Of a DNA stretch of 64,000 bases, positions 60,638-64,000 are shown in pieces (positions within the stretch are counted from its first letter, which is position 1; the number at the start of each line of letters is the position of its first letter). This DNA is from Alphaproteobacteria bacterium (GTDB lineage: Bacteria; Pseudomonadota; Alphaproteobacteria; Rs-D84). A model generated the notes under the pieces. It did not search any database and was not told where the DNA came from. It saw only the letters and a list, made by a program, of their open reading frames with translations. A program made the translations under genes and the position numbers. The stretch lies in NCBI GenBank assembly GCA_017546265.1, contig JAFYXG010000003.1:4920-68919 (forward strand). Reading direction: 5' to 3'.

Positions 60638-62110
60638 ATGAAAAAACCGTTGGTTTTATGTATTATGGATGGGGTGGGTATAGATGAAAAATCCAAATAT
60701 AATGCCGTAGAAATGGCAAATATGCCGTTCTGGAAAAGTTTGTTGAAAAAATATCCGCACAGTGTGCTGGATGCCAGTGGAGTGGCGGTGGGGTTGCCAC
60801 AGGGAACAATGGGAAATTCCGAAGTTGGACATATTACAATGGGGACCGGTCGCGTGGTTAACCAATTCCTGCGGCGATTCCAATTGGAAAACTGGGATGA
60901 AAATTTAGAACTGCAAAAATTTATTCGCACCGTGAAATCTGAGGGCGGAATTGTGCATGTGGCGGGATTAATGTCTGATGGACGTGTGCATTCCGATATA
61001 AATGATATTATCACTATTGTTAAGTATATAATAAATGCAGGACTGCGTGTATGTTTGCACTTTATCGCCGATGGACGAGATACCCTGCCCCGGTCCGCAG
61101 GAAAATACATAGAACAAATTCAATTGCAACTGGCGGATTCTTTTGCAGATGGACAGGTTTTTTGGGGGACTTTGTCGGGGCGGTACTTTGCCATGGACAG
61201 AAATCAGAATATGGATAGAACTAAAATCGCAATCGATGCAATCGCAAATGCAAAATCTGATATTCATGCCAAGACAATCCAAGATGCGTTAGATATGGCG
61301 TATGCACGTGGCGAAACGGATGAGTTTGTTTTGCCAACCGTCATAGATGGAGATGTCCCGATTACACAAAAAGATGGATTCTTGTTCGGAAATTATCGCA
61401 GCGATCGTGCCAGACAAATAATGCGGGAAATTGTTAAAACAGGTGTTCATGTGCTGTGCTTTTCGCAATACGGCGAAGGTTTGAACGAGGCGTGCCCCGC
61501 CCTGTTGCCCGATGTGGCAGTCAAAAATACCTTGGGTGATGTCCTGGCACAATATGGATTAAGTCAATTACGTATCGCAGAAACAGAAAAATATAACCAT
61601 GTGACATATTTCTTTGATGCGGAAAGAAATATAGACTTTGATGGTGAAAAAAAAGTGCTGATTCCATCGCCAGATGTTGCAACATTTGATATGAAGCCCG
61701 AAATGTCCGCAGTCGAAATTACAGATGCTTTGTTGCCTGTGCTGGAAGATTTTGATGTGGTTATATTGAATTGGGCAAATGGCGATATGGTCGGACATAC
61801 CGGGAATGTTGATGCCGCAATCACTGCAATGGGCGTGCTGGACAAACAATTAGAGCGATTGGTTGATGCAGTGTTGAAACTGGGAGGAACTGTGTTAATA
61901 ACCGCAGATCATGGAAATGCTGAAAAAATGTGGGACGCAGAAAATAACCTGCCGTGGACGGCACATACGACTAATCCTGTGAACTTTGTCGTTGTTGCAA
62001 ATAATGCACCGGCGGTTCGTGATGGCGGGCTGGCCGATATTGCACCAACTATGTTAAAGATTCTGGGAATACCACAACCCAGTGATATGACCGGAAAATC
62101 GTTGATATAA
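60638..62110 (+). CDS. gpmI: 2,3-bisphosphoglycerate-independent phosphoglycerate mutase
   Basis: LCIMDGVGI, GNSEVGHITMGTGR, GDMVGHTG, TADHGNAE. Confidence 0.95.
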   Translation: MKKPLVLCIMDGVGIDEKSKYNAVEMANMPFWKSLLKKYPHSVLDASGVAVGLPQGTMGNSEVGHITMGTGRVVNQFLRRFQLENWDENLELQKFIRTVKSEGGIVHVAGLMSDGRVHSDINDIITIVKYIINAGLRVCLHFIADGRDTLPRSAGKYIEQIQLQLADSFADGQVFWGTLSGRYFAMDRNQNMDRTKIAIDAIANAKSDIHAKTIQDALDMAYARGETDEFVLPTVIDGDVPITQKDGFLFGNYRSDRARQIMREIVKTGVHVLCFSQYGEGLNEACPALLPDVAVKNTLGDVLAQYGLSQLRIAETEKYNHVTYFFDAERNIDFDGEKKVLIPSPDVATFDMKPEMSAVEITDALLPVLEDFDVVILNWANGDMVGHTGNVDAAITAMGVLDKQLERLVDAVLKLGGTVLITADHGNAEKMWDAENNLPWTAHTTNPVNFVVVANNAPAVRDGGLADIAPTMLKILGIPQPSDMTGKSLI

Positions 62111-62141
62111 AAAAAGTCCGCCGATTGGCGGATTATTTTTT
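62111..62141. terminator. Bidirectional terminator (gpmI / tadA)
   Basis: A-run-TCCGCC-GATT-GGCGGA-TTATTTTTTT. Confidence 0.75.
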
Positions 62142-62606
62142 TCGGCGTACCGCAAAGAATTTTCGAAGCAAATCAGCAGATTCCACCGCGTATTCTGGTA
62201 CTTGGTGTACGTTTGGTTTCCATAAATGTCTGTCTGTGTCAAAAACGCGTGCGTTTGAATATATTCCGCCCCCCTTGGAATCAAATGCCGCAAAGTATAT
62301 ATTACGAATTCGTGCCAGTGATATCGCCGTGGCACACATGGCACAAGGTTCCAATGTTACATAGATGTCGCAGTTGTTCAAAAATTTCTGCCCCAGTTTT
62401 TTGCAGGCACGGTTTATAGCAACTATTTCTGCATGCAGGGTCGGATTCTTGCGTAATTGTACCTGGTTTTCGCCACGTGCAATAATTTTCCCGTCACATA
62501 CAATCACCGCACCAATTGGTACGTCATCATGGTTGCCTGCACGGTGGGCGGAAATAATGGCTTGATTCATGAACTGCATGTTGTATACTTTATCGTATGG
62601 ATTCAA
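62133..62606 (-). CDS. tadA: tRNA adenosine(34) deaminase
   Basis: HAEIVAINRA and LEPCAMCATAI (CDA fold, H-A-E / PCxxC). Confidence 0.92.
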   Translation of the reverse strand: MNPYDKVYNMQFMNQAIISAHRAGNHDDVPIGAVIVCDGKIIARGENQVQLRKNPTLHAEIVAINRACKKLGQKFLNNCDIYVTLEPCAMCATAISLARIRNIYFAAFDSKGGGIYSNARVFDTDRHLWKPNVHQVPEYAVESADLLRKFFAVRRKK

Positions 62607-63157
62607 AATTGCAAATCATTTCAGGACAATTTCGTGGACGAAAACTAAAATTGCCTCCAAATGCACGCCCCACACAAAATCGTGCCCGTATCGCGTTGTT
62701 TAATATGTTGGATGCGGGAATTCTTGATTGGCAAGAAAAACTGGTCGTTTGGGACGCGTTCGCAGGCAGTGGGGCGTTTGGACTGGAATGTCTGTCGCGG
62801 TATGCGAATGCAAGCGTCCTGTTTACAGATGTTGCACCAACGTCAATCAAGACTGTGCGTGATAATTTGGCAATGCTGGGGGTGGATGCACGGGCAACAA
62901 CACAACAGGTTGATGCCATTGGTGCAATTGCTAAATGCGGGGCAAATGTAAACCTGGTATTCTTAGACCCGCCATATGCGAATGCGGAACTGGGAAATGC
63001 GTGGGTCAGAAAATTTGAAAAAGTCGCACAATGCGGAACTGTTTTGATTTGGGAACAGGAAGTTGGTCATGCCATATCGCCAAATACAGATGAATGGACA
63101 GTGTTGCGTGATAAAACGTACGGCCGTGCAAGATTTTTGATTTTAAGAAAAATATAA
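62597..63157 (+). CDS. rsmD: 16S rRNA m2G966 methyltransferase
   Basis: ISGQFRGRKLKLPPNARPTQNRARIALFNML, DAFAGSGAFGLE, FLDPPY. Confidence 0.88.
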   Translation: MDSKLQIISGQFRGRKLKLPPNARPTQNRARIALFNMLDAGILDWQEKLVVWDAFAGSGAFGLECLSRYANASVLFTDVAPTSIKTVRDNLAMLGVDARATTQQVDAIGAIAKCGANVNLVFLDPPYANAELGNAWVRKFEKVAQCGTVLIWEQEVGHAISPNTDEWTVLRDKTYGRARFLILRKI

Positions 63158-63261
63158 TAAAATTACTTGATTTTTTTGTGGGTTTAGGTAATAATATGCC
63201 CCGCACAGCACCCTTGGAGGCTGTGTTAACATATAAAATAATGCTATCAAAAGGATAAAAA

Positions 63262-63879
63262 ATGGCAATTAACTTAAATGCAGAAATTCGCAACGTTGCT
63301 GGCAAGGGGGCCGCACGTAGCATCCGCAATAATAAAAATATCCCTGCTGTTGTGTACGGGGAAAAGAAAGCCCCAATCGCAATCGAATTGAACGGTCGCG
63401 AATTCGAAATGTTGTTGAAAACACCAGGATTGCGGACTAAATTGTTCCAAATCAAAACAGCTGAAGGTACAGAAGATGCCATGCTGATGGATGTACAATA
63501 TCATCCTGTGTCAGATGCAGCAATTCATGCAGACTTTAAACGTATTGACGTTAAAAAGCCTGTTAACGTAGTTGTGCCGGTAGAAGTTGTTAATGCTGAA
63601 ACGTCTAAGGGGTTGAAATTGGGAGGAACATTGAACTTTGCTGTGCGTAAGGTTGCACTGCGTGGTTTGGTTGATGTTATCCCAGAAAAAATCGTTATCG
63701 ATTTGGCAAACCTGACAATTGGTGATGTGGTTCACGGTACTGACCTGGTATTGCCAGAAGGTGTTGAACTGGGACTGCATCAGGCAGAATTGGCATTCGC
63801 AACAATCGGCGGTAAAATGCCAATGGAAGAAGACGAAAAAGCCAAGGCAGCCGCTATGGCCGCAGCAGGCAAAAAATAA
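63262..63879 (+). CDS. rplY: 50S ribosomal protein L25 / general stress protein Ctc
   Basis: LNAEIRNVAGKGAARSIRNNKNIPAVVYG, two beta-barrel domains, and an acidic/Ala-Lys tail. Confidence 0.93.
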   Translation: MAINLNAEIRNVAGKGAARSIRNNKNIPAVVYGEKKAPIAIELNGREFEMLLKTPGLRTKLFQIKTAEGTEDAMLMDVQYHPVSDAAIHADFKRIDVKKPVNVVVPVEVVNAETSKGLKLGGTLNFAVRKVALRGLVDVIPEKIVIDLANLTIGDVVHGTDLVLPEGVELGLHQAELAFATIGGKMPMEEDEKAKAAAMAAAGKK

Positions 63880-63904
63880 TTTTCAACTTCTTGGTAAAGA
63901 AAAA

Positions 63905-63933
63905 ATTATTCCGCCCAATTCGGGCGGTTTTTC
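63905..63933 (+). terminator. Terminator after rplY
   Basis: CCGCCC-AATTC-GGGCGG-T5. Confidence 0.75.
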
Positions 63934-64000
63934 TTGCTATTTTTATTTAAGAAAATATGTCTGTTGCCCCTTGAAATCTTTTTTTGCATAACTATATCGT

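Noticed and set aside
1-64000. CRISPR arrays, rRNA genes, intact IS elements or integrases
   Set aside because: I saw no regularly spaced 25-40-nt direct repeats, no rRNA-like conserved blocks, and no ORF with transposase (DDE) or tyrosine/serine recombinase motifs.

Overview
This is a 64-kb chromosomal segment whose gene content looks alphaproteobacterial: GcrA, RodZ, a bactofilin+M23 pair and TlyA. The housekeeping backbone comprises dus, uvrA, rlmE, rnhA, tkt, hisS, prfA, aroK, mscL, leuS, rpiB, lpxA/lpxB, thyA, tig, secA, dnaE, rsmH, gpmI, tadA, rsmD and rplY, plus four tRNAs (Leu-CAG, Ala-CGC, Leu-TAA, Val-CAC). Most gene ends carry a clean GC-stem/T-run hairpin, and a TGnTATAAT extended -10 motif recurs upstream of several genes. 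Three kinds of accessory material interrupt the backbone. (1) At the left edge there is the tail of a large helicase/restriction-like gene. Next to it is an AT-rich two-gene cassette (ABC/AAA_21-like ATPase plus a small Cys-cluster protein with a D-x12-ExK motif) bracketed by an exact 13-bp direct repeat, followed by an orphan tRNA 3' fragment. This looks like a defence-island insertion. (2) At 18.8-22.6 kb lies a decayed mobile-element remnant: an extremely G+T-skewed non-coding stretch, phased A-tracts, a frameshifted and truncated polyvalent-protein pseudogene, and two small orphan genes. (3) At least seven lineage-specific, signal-peptide-bearing, cysteine-rich proteins are scattered from 31.7 to 60 kb. 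They include two pairs of diverged paralogs, one pair sitting in an operon headed by an orphan TadV-like prepilin peptidase beside the tRNA cluster. They also include proteins with eukaryote-like CxxC/EGF-like repeats. A stand-alone SRP54 M-domain gene follows uvrA. I saw no CRISPR array, rRNA, intact integrase or transposase. All functional calls rest on motif recognition by eye and were not verified by database search.
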